Part shown: positions 45,811-56,348 of the stretch, in pieces
Layout: every line of letters begins with the position of its first letter
Position numbering within the stretch: position 1 is the stretch's first letter
Virus record (IMG/VR): IMGVR_UViG_3300033407_000009
Span: 6,269-70,268 of that record
DNA from: a virus
Taxonomy: Duplodnaviria; Caudoviricetes
Reading direction: 5' to 3' (one strand)
Length of the DNA: 64,000 nt
The notes under the pieces: model-generated
What the model was told of the DNA's origin: nothing
The model's input: the letters and a program-made list of their open reading frames with translations, nothing else
Database searches by the model: none
Program-made: the position numbers and the translations under genes

Positions 45811-46260
45811 ATGGCCAAAACACCAGGAAAGACCTACACTACCCACGAAGGCATCGAGGAAGTTCTTCTTCCGACGCCACCCGTTGGCGCAAGCGTCCAA
45901 TGGTTTGCACGCAACGACGACAATGCAGTTCACGCGGCGATCGTCACGGCCGTTGAATCCCCTGGCCGCGTGAAGCTCGACGTATTCCCTCCCGGCCGAG
46001 AGATGATCCGTCATCAGGGGGTGTGGCACCGTTCGTCCCCGACGCACGACAGGCCGAACAACCCCGTTACGGAACGCTCGGGCGCGTGGGATTACCTGCC
46101 GTTCCAGAACATCCCGCAGCATCATTACGAGATGCACCGCATTGAGCGGGAGAAGGCGGACGAGGCGCGGATGTTCGCTCAAGAGCGCAAGTTGCAGATG
46201 GAACGCGACTACCAGGAGAACATGAAGAAGATCCAGGAGCAGGAACCACAAGAAGTCTAA
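45811..46260 (+). CDS. hypothetical protein
   Basis: RBS AAGGAG; between terL and portal. Confidence 0.65.
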   Translation: MAKTPGKTYTTHEGIEEVLLPTPPVGASVQWFARNDDNAVHAAIVTAVESPGRVKLDVFPPGREMIRHQGVWHRSSPTHDRPNNPVTERSGAWDYLPFQNIPQHHYEMHRIEREKADEARMFAQERKLQMERDYQENMKKIQEQEPQEV

Positions 46261-46304
46261 TCCTCTGACCACCAGCAGCTCCCGAACCTGCATGGAGCAA
46301 GCTG

Positions 46305-48560
46305 GTGATCGACCTCCCTCCGGGAATCCCGACTGAGTTCTTCCGTCCACTCGTTTCCGGGTGGGTGGGAAAGCTTGAGTCCGCGGACAAGTCTCGCGCT
46401 CGTTGGCGTGAAGTCGCGGACGAGTGCGGGATGTTCGTGAATCGCTCTGCTGCGGCCATGTGGGATCCGCAGTACCAGAAGAAGTTCTGGCGTGGCGTCG
46501 AGGCACCCAAGTTCCGGATCACGCTGAACCTGGCCTACGAATACGTGGCCGTGTTCGGACCGAATCTCTTCTGGGAATGCCCCCACCGGCAGGTCACCCC
46601 CAAGCGCCCCATCCCGATCACCCCGGACATTTTCCAGGGACTGGCTCAGGCCGAATGGATCGGGATGATTCAGCAACAGTTTGAACAGCAGCAGGCTCAG
46701 TCCTACGCGCAGGATCGAGTCGTCGCCTTTCTCATGGAAGACTGGCTGAACTATTCTGCCGGGGAGACGAACCTCGAAGACGGCAGTGAGCTGGCCGTAG
46801 TCGACGCGCTGATCAAGGGCAGGGGCTGTCTTGTCTCGCGCCCCTACACCTTCCCTGGCTCGGGAAGGGTGATGACCAAGAGTGCGCACCTCCCTCCAGA
46901 AGAACTGCTGATTGATCCGGATTTTCGTTCTCTGGAGAACGCCCAGTGGATCGCTATCAAGCACATCGAGCCCCACTGGAAGGCTGAGAGACGCTTTCAA
47001 CTGCCTGAAGGCTCGCTGAAGGACAAGGCATCCCTGGAGTCCACCTGGGCGTACGGAGAGAGCCAGGGGGCCTTCATGGCAGGGGAACGAGCCGCCGGCC
47101 AGACGAACGATCTGGTGGTCTGGTGGGAGATTTGGTCCAAGACAGGAGTGGGTGGCCGACTGACGGGGATGGACGAGTCGATCAAGCGCCACCTCCAGGG
47201 CGTTGTAGGGGACTATGCATACCTGGCGATCAGCCCGAACGTTCCGTATCCGCTGAACTGTCCGGCGTCGGTGCTGAGGCAGGGAGCGTCCGAGGACGAA
47301 GTTCGCCAGCGGTTCAGTTGGCCGATTCCGGTGTGGACGGATAACGCGTGGCCCATCCAGGTACTTGACTTCTACCCCAACACGGACATCAGCGATCCCA
47401 GCGCCGCGTGGCCGATACCACCCCTGTCGCCGGCGCTGGGTGAAATCAAGTTTCTGAACTTCATTATCCCCTGGCTCACCAACCGTATCTGGAGTTCCTC
47501 TCGCGACTTCTGGGCGGTGGCCGGGGCCCACTACGACGAGCTCCTCAAGAACCTCCAGGAGGGCGGGGACCAGACGGTGATTCCCGTTCCCCATGGCGCT
47601 GAGGACGTGCGCAAGGTGGTGCAGATGATCCAGCAGCCCGAGACTCGCGCGGACGTGTGGCGGATCGTGGAACTGGTCACCGATCTTTTCCGGCGCAGAA
47701 CGGGACTTGTCGACTTCGCCTACGGGAAGAACGAGGGGGGGACGCAGAACCGAACGGCAGAGGAGACGATCGCCAAGGCTCGCGCGGTAGGGACGCGCCC
47801 CGAGCACATGCAGAAGAAAGTCGTCCAGTGGCAGAGCAAGTTGGCCGCCACGGAAGCCTTTGTCACTCGGTTGTTCGTCAAAGGCACGGACGTTGAAGAT
47901 CGCTATGGGCCGGTAGGGAGATGGCTCTGGGAGACGTTCATCATGAGCACGAACGTCGAACTGGTAGTTCGTCAGATGCAGTATTCGATCGCCGCCAGTT
48001 CCATCCGCCGCCCGAATCGTGATCGGGACATCGCCAACCTGATGCAGGTATTCCAGCACTGGATGAGTCTTGTTCAGCAGTACGGCACGCAGACCGGCGA
48101 TTACACTCCGGCCAATGGAATGATGGAGCTGTGGGGCGATTTGCACGACATGGACGTGGATAAGATCTACATCCCGCCGCCTCAGGAGGACGACGAAGCC
48201 AAGCAGATGCAGCAGGCTCAGATGCAACTGGAGATGCAGAAGCTCCAGGCGGACATCGAGAAGTCCAAGATGGACCTGCAAGGGAAGATGATCGACGCCG
48301 AGGCCAAGAAGATCGACGCACAAGTGAAACAGGCCACGGGCGGGATCGACATCATGGGCAAGCAGCTCGACTTGGAATTCGATCAGGCTCGATCGACCCA
48401 GGATCTCCAACGGGACAGAGTCCAGCACATTCTCGACTTACTTCAAAATCAGCAGCAGTTTGAACAGAAACTCGGCCAGCAGGAGCGTCTTGGCCAATTG
48501 AAGATCCAGCAGGCCAGGGTTGCAGCTAAGGCTAAACCACAAACTAACGGGAGCAAGTGA
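46305..48560 (+). CDS. portal protein (P22-like, Q-rich barrel tail)
   Basis: 751 aa after terL; DALIKGRG, RTAEE motif, C-terminal QQAQMQ coiled coil. Confidence 0.85.
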   Translation: MIDLPPGIPTEFFRPLVSGWVGKLESADKSRARWREVADECGMFVNRSAAAMWDPQYQKKFWRGVEAPKFRITLNLAYEYVAVFGPNLFWECPHRQVTPKRPIPITPDIFQGLAQAEWIGMIQQQFEQQQAQSYAQDRVVAFLMEDWLNYSAGETNLEDGSELAVVDALIKGRGCLVSRPYTFPGSGRVMTKSAHLPPEELLIDPDFRSLENAQWIAIKHIEPHWKAERRFQLPEGSLKDKASLESTWAYGESQGAFMAGERAAGQTNDLVVWWEIWSKTGVGGRLTGMDESIKRHLQGVVGDYAYLAISPNVPYPLNCPASVLRQGASEDEVRQRFSWPIPVWTDNAWPIQVLDFYPNTDISDPSAAWPIPPLSPALGEIKFLNFIIPWLTNRIWSSSRDFWAVAGAHYDELLKNLQEGGDQTVIPVPHGAEDVRKVVQMIQQPETRADVWRIVELVTDLFRRRTGLVDFAYGKNEGGTQNRTAEETIAKARAVGTRPEHMQKKVVQWQSKLAATEAFVTRLFVKGTDVEDRYGPVGRWLWETFIMSTNVELVVRQMQYSIAASSIRRPNRDRDIANLMQVFQHWMSLVQQYGTQTGDYTPANGMMELWGDLHDMDVDKIYIPPPQEDDEAKQMQQAQMQLEMQKLQADIEKSKMDLQGKMIDAEAKKIDAQVKQATGGIDIMGKQLDLEFDQARSTQDLQRDRVQHILDLLQNQQQFEQKLGQQERLGQLKIQQARVAAKAKPQTNGSK

Positions 48561-49267
48561 TGGCCAATTTGAGTGACGCCGCCCAACGCGCGATTGCCGC
48601 GGCCATGGGCGACATGACCTTGGCGTGGGAGATCATCACGACGCTCAACGCCGTGGACCTGCTGTCCGGCGCCGAGGCCGAATACATCAATGGCGTAACG
48701 GCCGGAACGTCCGCCGCCGGAAAGGCGGTTGTGCTGGACAGTAGCTCCCAGATCGACGCGCTGGACGTCATTGCACCCTCTGTTAATGGAACGGCGGTGA
48801 CATCCACCGGAGCCGAGCTGAATCTTCTGGATCTGTCGGTCGTCGGCGCCTTGGCCAAGGTGAAAAAGATTTCTATCACGAGCACCCCAACCGGGGCCGA
48901 GCAGGATACGACGTGGGATCTTCCGGCCAAATGCGCGGTGCTGGGAGTGTTTGTGGACGTCACCACCGCGGAGGCGACGGGCACCACGAAGACGCTTGAC
49001 GTGGGGACGTTGTCCAGTGACAGCGGAACGGCCGACGGATTCCTTAACGGGATCAGCGTTGCGACCACGGGATTGAAGAAAGGCACCCTCGCTTCGGCGG
49101 GGCAGACTCTTGGTTCGCTTCTTTACGTGGACGAGGGCGGAACCGGCGAATTGGTTCCTGAAATGTCCATTGCACCTGGAAGCGTGAGCGTCACGTACAC
49201 CGCCGGCGACAGTGACTGGGCTGAATTCCGGGGCGATATCTACATCATCTACATCGAGATTGGATAA
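48557..49267 (+). CDS. virion structural protein
   Basis: GVTAGTSAAGKAVVLD...STGAELNLLD motif common in phage structural proteins. Confidence 0.6.
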   Translation: MMANLSDAAQRAIAAAMGDMTLAWEIITTLNAVDLLSGAEAEYINGVTAGTSAAGKAVVLDSSSQIDALDVIAPSVNGTAVTSTGAELNLLDLSVVGALAKVKKISITSTPTGAEQDTTWDLPAKCAVLGVFVDVTTAEATGTTKTLDVGTLSSDSGTADGFLNGISVATTGLKKGTLASAGQTLGSLLYVDEGGTGELVPEMSIAPGSVSVTYTAGDSDWAEFRGDIYIIYIEIG

Positions 49268-49930
49268 ATGAACATGGATGCGTTTTTCGAGTCCCATTCG
49301 GATCTACGAAGGTATGCGGATCTGGTTGTGGCCCCTCCCACCAGGAGCGAGCTCGTGAGCAGTTTCCCCGAGGTGGAGGGTGATGGCGAGTTCGACAAGG
49401 ATGCCTACACCACCAGTCCGCCTCTGACGAAATTTGCTCTCTATGCCATTTCACGCAAGAATGGGAACAGCCACCCATTCGCGGCGATGGTGGCATGTCA
49501 GCGTGCGGCGCGAGTGGTCACCGATGACGTGTTCTGGGCTGGCCGGCCGCATTTCGCTCAACTGTACGGAGAGAATTACTACCAGGACGTGAAGACGGCC
49601 CTGGCCAGCCAGGGGGTCAGTCTCGGGGCCCACGACGAATATTGCCCTGAATTGGCACGGTACAAGGGCGATCCGGAGGCGGTGATCAGTCGGGCTCGTG
49701 GTCGCAGCTACATCAAAAGCCTCTGCGAGAAACGGGGCTGGGCGTGTGAAGGGATGGTGAGCGTCAATGGCCGGCAACCGGACAGGGATCCCATGGAAAA
49801 TAGCGTCCCGCTGGCCGAGGATCTCATTGCCGAAAACACGCAACGCATGATACAAAAGAACCCGGAGTTGACTCGCAAGTCGCGTCGTGAACTTCGGGAA
49901 ATGGTGATCGGCAAACACGGGAGTTCCTAG
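49268..49930 (+). CDS. hypothetical protein
   Basis: In-operon ORF. Confidence 0.6.
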   Translation: MNMDAFFESHSDLRRYADLVVAPPTRSELVSSFPEVEGDGEFDKDAYTTSPPLTKFALYAISRKNGNSHPFAAMVACQRAARVVTDDVFWAGRPHFAQLYGENYYQDVKTALASQGVSLGAHDEYCPELARYKGDPEAVISRARGRSYIKSLCEKRGWACEGMVSVNGRQPDRDPMENSVPLAEDLIAENTQRMIQKNPELTRKSRRELREMVIGKHGSS

Positions 49931-50272
49931 CCATGGCAGTTACTGGACTCACAAGGCGGGTGGTCGCGTCGGCGCTCAAATCCCACACGTACGCGGATCA
50001 ACTCTGTGATGCGATCGACTCTGCCGCGGCATTGAACGTCGGAGTCGAGTACGCTGTGCAGGTGGCCTTCGGCAGTCCGTGGTCTGAGGCCGCCGGCGGT
50101 TTCATCGACGCTGTGGAAAATGACACCGCATTGACGGCGTACGAACTGGACGGTCTTGCCAAGGCCCTCGGGGACAGGGTGGCCGCCCTGGACATCAACG
50201 AAGAACTCGGATAAACGGGCCTAGCCCGACATCTCGCGCTCCCGGACCTGTCGCAACACAGGGAGTAACGAG

Positions 50273-50632
50273 ATGGGACACCTTTCTCAGCCTACGTACC
50301 CGTGCGATCAGCGCGTGGGGACACTCCGTGCCGCCATCGCCGAATCCGGTACGGTGAGCACGCCAATCGACATCAGCCCCTTTCGTTCGGGCGGGATGTA
50401 CCTCACCACCGAGTTCGACACGGACGTGATCACGTTCCAGGGCTCGAATGCCAGTGACGGTACGTTCGCGGTGATCCACGGCGCCGCGGGGGCGGTCGTG
50501 ACGTTCACGGCGACCACGGGCGCCCGCTGGTACAGCTTGCCTCCAGAATTGTTCGACTTCGCTTTCCTCAAGGTGGTTACAGGCACCGGCGCTGCGGCAG
50601 CCGCCACGATTGTCTTCTCGCTGAAGACGTAA
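50273..50632 (+). CDS. small beta-rich structural protein
   Basis: ITFQGSNASDGTF motif. Confidence 0.55.
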   Translation: MGHLSQPTYPCDQRVGTLRAAIAESGTVSTPIDISPFRSGGMYLTTEFDTDVITFQGSNASDGTFAVIHGAAGAVVTFTATTGARWYSLPPELFDFAFLKVVTGTGAAAAATIVFSLKT

Positions 50633-50642
50633 AAGGATTCTG

Positions 50643-50912
50643 ATGCGACGCTCTCGCCTACTGATGTGCGGCTTCGGCCTACTGCTGGTGTTGATCAGCT
50701 ACTCACCGGTGTTTCTGTTGGCCATGCGAATTGACAAAGACGAATGGAAAAAATTCGGGGCTGGATTCGGAATTGCAGTCGTTGTATCTAGTGGTGTGCT
50801 GGCGAGGGAAGTCTGGAGATACGCCGCTGGCAGCCAAAGTAATTACGGCACCCGCAGCGTCACGAAGACCTGCGGCCTGCCAGTTGTGGATGACACGCAT
50901 GGGTACGACTGA
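50643..50912 (+). CDS. small membrane protein (holin-like)
   Basis: Two hydrophobic segments. Confidence 0.4.
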   Translation: MRRSRLLMCGFGLLLVLISYSPVFLLAMRIDKDEWKKFGAGFGIAVVVSSGVLAREVWRYAAGSQSNYGTRSVTKTCGLPVVDDTHGYD

Positions 50913-51283
50913 TGACGGAGTGGATTTCAGGAGCACTGCTGGTTGCGGCTGGTGCCGCGATTGCCACTGTGATCCAGGCTATCGCCAAGTGGCAGCTGTC
51001 GATTCGGGAGCATGAAAACAACGTCGATCAGCGAGTCCAGAAAGATGCAATCAGCGCCTACGCCGAAATCAACAACCGAGTACTGGAGGCCAACCAGCAG
51101 CTGCACGATCAGCTGACGCGGCTGCTTGCAACGAACGATCAACTGCAAGAGAAAATTGACAAGTTGCAGGTCACGAACCAGCAACTGTCGAAGGAAATTG
51201 CCGAACTCAAGGAGGAGCTGCGGCAGCTGCGGGTTTACTTGGCGTCGGTGGAGGAAAAGACAAAAAATCCAAAAGGAACGTGA
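50912..51283 (+). CDS. membrane-anchored coiled-coil protein (lysis accessory candidate)
   Basis: N-terminal TM plus long heptad repeat. Confidence 0.55.
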   Translation: MTEWISGALLVAAGAAIATVIQAIAKWQLSIREHENNVDQRVQKDAISAYAEINNRVLEANQQLHDQLTRLLATNDQLQEKIDKLQVTNQQLSKEIAELKEELRQLRVYLASVEEKTKNPKGT

Positions 51284-51324
51284 GCACGGGTGGCGCTCAA
51301 ATGCCGGTGTTGTAAAGGTGGCCG

Positions 51325-54219
51325 ATGACAGTCGAAAACACACTCATGCGATGGATGGCACGCGCCTACCTCTGGATAGTGCTCACCGTCGCCTCGTGCG
51401 AGCCGGCCGCGGGGCAGGTCGACTACCCAATCGTGCTGTTGCAGGGTCCGCACGGTCGTACGCGCAATGCAACGATCGCGGAACTCGGCCAGTACGACAT
51501 GCCGATCTGTGCTCTCATCGAACGACTGCCTGACGGTTCAACTCGCGTGCTGGATGCGGCCGGTGCAATGGATCCTGTCGTGTCGTTCGACGGGATCCGG
51601 ATCGCCTACGGACGCATGGCAGGCCAGGGAGTCGATCTCCGCGAGGTCAACGCTGACACGCTGCAGTTCAAGACGCTGGTCAACTGGCAGCAGATTTGGA
51701 ATCCGCCACGCAGCACGTTCAAATATTCGCCTACGCCGCTGCCGCCTGATTCCGCCACCGCTGAATTCTGGAATGAGCAAGGCATGCTCTGGTTTGACCG
51801 CGGCGTGTGGATCACGGCACCAGCCTACACGCCGACCGGCATCGTGTTCGCGACGAATGCGAGTTACTACACGACTCCCGAAGCAAGTGGGTCCGCTCCC
51901 ATCTTCGAGTTGTGGCGCTGCGATCATGATGGCCGCAACATTGAGCGAGTCGGATTCCACACGATCAATTCGTCTGATCACCCGCACATTTTGACCAGCG
52001 GCAAGGTGATGTGGTGGCAGCAGGAGGATGTCGGAATCAGGGCCGGCATGTCCGGCATCTGGCAAATGAATCCAGACGGCACCAACAGCTCCGATCCGAT
52101 TGTCTCGGCTCTTGGCAGCGAGCAGACCGGCGGATTCTTCGCACTGCCACCGCACTTTGAAACCCAACTCTCGGACGGGTCGATTGCGTTCATCCATTAC
52201 TACCAGACGAGGAATGAGGGACGACTGCTGCAAATCCCCGTCTGGTCGCCAGGCATGGGTGGGGGAACGCGATATTCCAAGCCGAATCCGCTCGACAACC
52301 CGGGCGTCCGCAACGGATACACGCCGGGCGCTGTGATCGCCAATGGTCAGATCACGCAAGGCGACGCGATCTATTCCAAGTGGGGATTTCAGCCACGTGG
52401 ACTGAAATCGCTGACGCCCGCAATGACTGCCGAGGATGCTCCGCCGGCAACGATCGATGGCCAGCCGGCCGGTACTGTCACACATCCAGCCGGCGCTCCC
52501 GGAAACAAAGTGCTCGTTACCTGGAACAAGGCTGGCGAAGCCGGATCGAGCACGCACGGGATTTACCTGATCGACCCAGCGCAAGTGCAGGACCACACCG
52601 TCGCCTATCTTCAGCAGGTGATCGACACGCCGCAGGCCGAGTACATGGCGAAGCCGCGCGTGCCGTACTCTCAAATCTACGGGATCGACACGCCGCCGAA
52701 TATCGAGCAGCAAGAGCCGGCGGAACATCTGCGGCCGGGCGAACCGTACGGGATCGTAGGATCCGGCTCCATGCTGCTGCGTGAAGCGGAGGTATTCCAG
52801 GGGCTCCAGTACCAGGGTGGTGATATCGATCCCGGCGTCACGACGAATCCCAACAGCATCGAGTACATCGCAATCTATCACGCGAATCCCACGCCGCTGA
52901 ATCCTCGTCAGGATTTTCTTGAGCAGGCATGGAGCAAGCTCGGCAGCGGCAAGCGACATTTGTCTGGCTGGCACAATGGCATCGGCATGCTGACTCCGCT
53001 CTATGTCGACGGTGTCATTCCACTACGAAAATGGCGACTGGCGGACGGCTCGATTCAGGAAGGTGGAACGCAACCGGCAGGTGCAACAGCAATCCTTGAT
53101 CCAGCCGGCATGCCGGATACGTCGTTCCTCGTCAAACTGCCTGCCGACCAACCGTTCTGGATCGCGCTCTTGGATGCAGCGAAGCGAATCGTATCGGTGT
53201 CTCAGACGCTTCACCAGGTCCGGCCGGGCGAGCATCTGACGCAGTGCAACCAGTGTCACACGCACTGGAATCCACAGCCGTGGAACGTGTACGACGCCTT
53301 CGCTGGGACCGAGGAATACACGATCCGCAAGCTACGGACAGTGAAGCCGGTGACGGAGTTCTACGCTGACGTGCGCCCGATCCTGTTGGCTCTCGGCATG
53401 TCGACCGAATTCAACGAAATCGCACTTAGCGAAGGCGATTGGCAGCGAGGATTTGAGAGCGACCAGGTGAAGCCGCTCCGCTCCCGTCATTCGCAGCTGT
53501 ATTACTCGGCACGTGACCAATTCGGCGCAACGCCAGGGCAACTGGAGGTGTTGGCCAACTGGATCGACACCGGAGCGACCAGAGATACCTACTGGCAGGG
53601 ACAGCCGACAGGACTCCCCCAGGCCGACACGCTCCCGCCAACCGTCCATGTCTACTCACCGCGACGGCGCGAGAACCTTGGGCCGATCGACAAGTTCGTC
53701 ATCGGTATGGCAGATCCGGATTCAGGGCTCGGCGAGTGGTCAGTCACGCTCGACGCCGAGGTGGTCGTTGCTGGCAACGCACATCCACCGGGCAGCGACC
53801 TCTCGGCGTTGTTCATCGAAGACGACGAGGTGTGGACGCTCACACTAGACGAACCGATCACGCAGGAGGACGGCTGGCACACGCTCAGCGTGCGAGCGAG
53901 GGACACGTATCTTGGTCGATTCGGCGAGGTGACCGGAAACCTTACCAAGATCGATCGGTACTTTGCGGCGGGCTCTGGCGAGCCGCCCCCACCGATTGAA
54001 CCACCGACATGCGAAGAGCTGCTGGCTCAGTGCGAAGCGGAGCAGCAAGTCCTACAGCAGCAGATAGCGGACCTGCAAGCACAAAGCACCGCGGACGCAG
54101 CGACGATCGCCATGCTGCAGGCTCAGGTGGCGCAACTCGAAACCGAGAAGGCAGCGCTCAAGGCTCAGATTGCAGCCGCATTGGTCGAGGCACAGCAAAC
54201 CGTGGAGGCTCTGCAATGA
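51325..54219 (+). CDS. hydrazine-synthase-alpha-like (TolB propeller + HzsA middle domain + CxxCH) protein with coiled-coil tail
   Basis: DPVVSFDG.RIAY, FELWRCDHDG..IER, P.ILTSGKV, W.MNPDGT, DTSFLVKLPADQPFWIALLD..HQVRPGEHLTQCNQCH, LANWIDTGA. Confidence 0.7.
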   Translation: MTVENTLMRWMARAYLWIVLTVASCEPAAGQVDYPIVLLQGPHGRTRNATIAELGQYDMPICALIERLPDGSTRVLDAAGAMDPVVSFDGIRIAYGRMAGQGVDLREVNADTLQFKTLVNWQQIWNPPRSTFKYSPTPLPPDSATAEFWNEQGMLWFDRGVWITAPAYTPTGIVFATNASYYTTPEASGSAPIFELWRCDHDGRNIERVGFHTINSSDHPHILTSGKVMWWQQEDVGIRAGMSGIWQMNPDGTNSSDPIVSALGSEQTGGFFALPPHFETQLSDGSIAFIHYYQTRNEGRLLQIPVWSPGMGGGTRYSKPNPLDNPGVRNGYTPGAVIANGQITQGDAIYSKWGFQPRGLKSLTPAMTAEDAPPATIDGQPAGTVTHPAGAPGNKVLVTWNKAGEAGSSTHGIYLIDPAQVQDHTVAYLQQVIDTPQAEYMAKPRVPYSQIYGIDTPPNIEQQEPAEHLRPGEPYGIVGSGSMLLREAEVFQGLQYQGGDIDPGVTTNPNSIEYIAIYHANPTPLNPRQDFLEQAWSKLGSGKRHLSGWHNGIGMLTPLYVDGVIPLRKWRLADGSIQEGGTQPAGATAILDPAGMPDTSFLVKLPADQPFWIALLDAAKRIVSVSQTLHQVRPGEHLTQCNQCHTHWNPQPWNVYDAFAGTEEYTIRKLRTVKPVTEFYADVRPILLALGMSTEFNEIALSEGDWQRGFESDQVKPLRSRHSQLYYSARDQFGATPGQLEVLANWIDTGATRDTYWQGQPTGLPQADTLPPTVHVYSPRRRENLGPIDKFVIGMADPDSGLGEWSVTLDAEVVVAGNAHPPGSDLSALFIEDDEVWTLTLDEPITQEDGWHTLSVRARDTYLGRFGEVTGNLTKIDRYFAAGSGEPPPPIEPPTCEELLAQCEAEQQVLQQQIADLQAQSTADAATIAMLQAQVAQLETEKAALKAQIAAALVEAQQTVEALQ

Positions 54220-54631
54220 GCAAGCGAAGCGACGGCAAGGCGTGTGACCGTTCACACGACACTCCGGCTCGGCGACGCGGTAAATGCCCGCGATGCGGAT
54301 CGCGCGACCCGCTGTTGACTGCGGCGAACACAATGCACAACACCGCTTTCTGCCAGCAGTGTCGGTGGCAAGGCTGCCAATGCGAGACGCTCGGTCGATA
54401 CGTTCCCGATGTGCCAAACGAGACTGGATGGATCTTGCGGGAGGTATACGGCTACAAGGGGCACGTCGACTACGTCTGCATCAGAGACGCAAACGACGCC
54501 GGCAAGTCGAACATGGAATGGTATCACGAGGATGAACCGCCATCACTTGACTTGATTCTGGAGATCGCTGCGGGAAAACCGATTCCCAGTGGGCGGTTCA
54601 GGGGCAGGCGATATGCGGAGGTGCATGGCTA

Positions 54632-55561
54632 ATGGCCGACCAGCAGCTAGAAGCCCTCACCGAAATCACTTCTCTGGCCGCCGGCGACGAATTCCTCGTC
54701 AACGACGTCAGCGATACCACCGATGACGCCAACGGCTCGCCGAAGAAAGTTCTGGCATCCAGCCTCGGCGTGCTCATCAACGGTGGCGCGCAAGCGGCCG
54801 CCTTCACGGCAGACCCCAACCACCACTACCTGCTCGACAACGAGAGCGGCGTCACCGACCGCAATCGCCTGATGACGCTGCCGACGACGGGCCTGGTTGT
54901 CGGCGACGAAATCAGCTGGGAAATGTCGGTGCAGAACGCGACGAACGACGGCACCGCTCATTTCCCTGTTGCACCGCATTGGTGTTGGGAGATCGAGGAC
55001 GCCGGGAATCTCATCAACGGCGCAGCCTACACGCCGATTACCGGCACCGCTGGTTTCGGCGGCAACAAGTGGTCGTACTGGATCAACGGTGAATGCGGTC
55101 GTGTGCGCTGGAACGGCACGACGTGGATCATGGTGAATCCTGGGGGCAGAGCTGCACAGAGAATCGGTCACAGCGGAGCTGCTCCCACGACCGACAATAC
55201 GACGGTGGCAATGGATTTGTCGGCGCTGACACAACGGATCGACAACGCTGGGCGCAGAGACACCACCAACGATCGGTATTACACGAAGCGTGCTGGCGAC
55301 TACCGCATGATAGCCACGGTGAGGAAGGTTGATTTGGACGGCACCGCTACACCGCGTATGCTCGTGGCTTGGCGGATTAACGAGTCTACTCAATCGCCTG
55401 TTGCGTCCGCGTCCATCGAAATTGCCGGCGAAGAGGTGACACCGTCGCTACCAATGTTTCGGGCGTTAGTCGCGGGAGAGTACAGTTACGCGGTGAATAA
55501 TTCTGGCCCAGGCACCGTGGACACGGCCGACTGCGAAATAATCAGTGAGGAAACGTTGTAG
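54632..55561 (+). CDS. tail fibre/spike-like structural protein
   Basis: LEALTEITSLAAGDEFLVNDVSD...KKV N-terminal motif; beta-rich C-terminus. Confidence 0.55.
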   Translation: MADQQLEALTEITSLAAGDEFLVNDVSDTTDDANGSPKKVLASSLGVLINGGAQAAAFTADPNHHYLLDNESGVTDRNRLMTLPTTGLVVGDEISWEMSVQNATNDGTAHFPVAPHWCWEIEDAGNLINGAAYTPITGTAGFGGNKWSYWINGECGRVRWNGTTWIMVNPGGRAAQRIGHSGAAPTTDNTTVAMDLSALTQRIDNAGRRDTTNDRYYTKRAGDYRMIATVRKVDLDGTATPRMLVAWRINESTQSPVASASIEIAGEEVTPSLPMFRALVAGEYSYAVNNSGPGTVDTADCEIISEETL

Positions 55562-56059
55562 ATGGCACTCCCACTCACGACAGCAACTGTTTTGCGTGCC
55601 GCATTCCCAGAGGCCTTGCTCTCTGATTTTGAGTGTATGCGCAGATCTGATGGGCAAGTGGAAATCGAATCGTGGAATCCGTCCTTGGGCGCGGAACCGA
55701 CCGAGCAGCAGATCACCGACTGGGCAACCGACGTCATTCCGCTCCCGTCGGGACAACTATTCAGCGCATGGCTGGCGGAACACGGCGGCGATTCAGCCGC
55801 AACTGCACGTCGACGAGCGAGAGACGTGCTGTCCAAGGCCAACGATCATTCCAACATGGTCGACAAGGCAATCGTGCTGGAACTGGTGGATCTGCTCAAC
55901 ACGCAAGCGAGCCAGATGGAAGCACTGCTGACGTGGCTGGGCGGAACGAACCTGCCGAATCGCAATCAGCTGCCGGGATTCGCGTTTCCCACGCCGACAT
56001 ACCAGCAGGCACGTACAGCGATTGTTGACCGGATTACCAACGGCGAGACGGATGCGTAG
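55562..56059 (+). CDS. XkdW-like/tail fibre accessory protein
   Basis: DFECMRRSDGQVEIESWNPSLGAEPTEQQI resembles XkdW-like assembly proteins. Confidence 0.45.
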   Translation: MALPLTTATVLRAAFPEALLSDFECMRRSDGQVEIESWNPSLGAEPTEQQITDWATDVIPLPSGQLFSAWLAEHGGDSAATARRRARDVLSKANDHSNMVDKAIVLELVDLLNTQASQMEALLTWLGGTNLPNRNQLPGFAFPTPTYQQARTAIVDRITNGETDA

Positions 56060-56348
56060 ATGACAGATTTCCTCGAACTCCGCAGCGGAGACTACCTGAT
56101 TCTTCGCGGCACGGATCGATTGATCCTGCGAGAGGCCGCGCCGGCGGCGGGGACACCGCTCAGAATGTCGCTACTCGGCGCGGGAATATCATGGTTCGGC
56201 CTGATGGTCGGGGCAGCTAAATTACTCGCGAGTACGACGGTCTAAAGAAAGGGCGGGTAGCAACATTAGTGACAATACCACGCTCGACGCAGGCGCCGGC
56301 GGAAATGTTCTCCGTACCCTGGAAGACGGCTCCAGCATTCATTATCCG

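Noticed and set aside
46257-48428. 723-aa antisense ORF and other long shadow ORFs (e.g. 51538-52974, 44835-45725)
   Set aside because: Antisense to portal, terminase and other genes in high-GC DNA; no recognisable motifs.
51325-54219. Literal anammox hydrazine synthase auxiliary metabolic gene
   Set aside because: No hzsB/hzsC partners, only one CxxCH seen, and HzsA-like domains occur widely in non-anammox bacteria.
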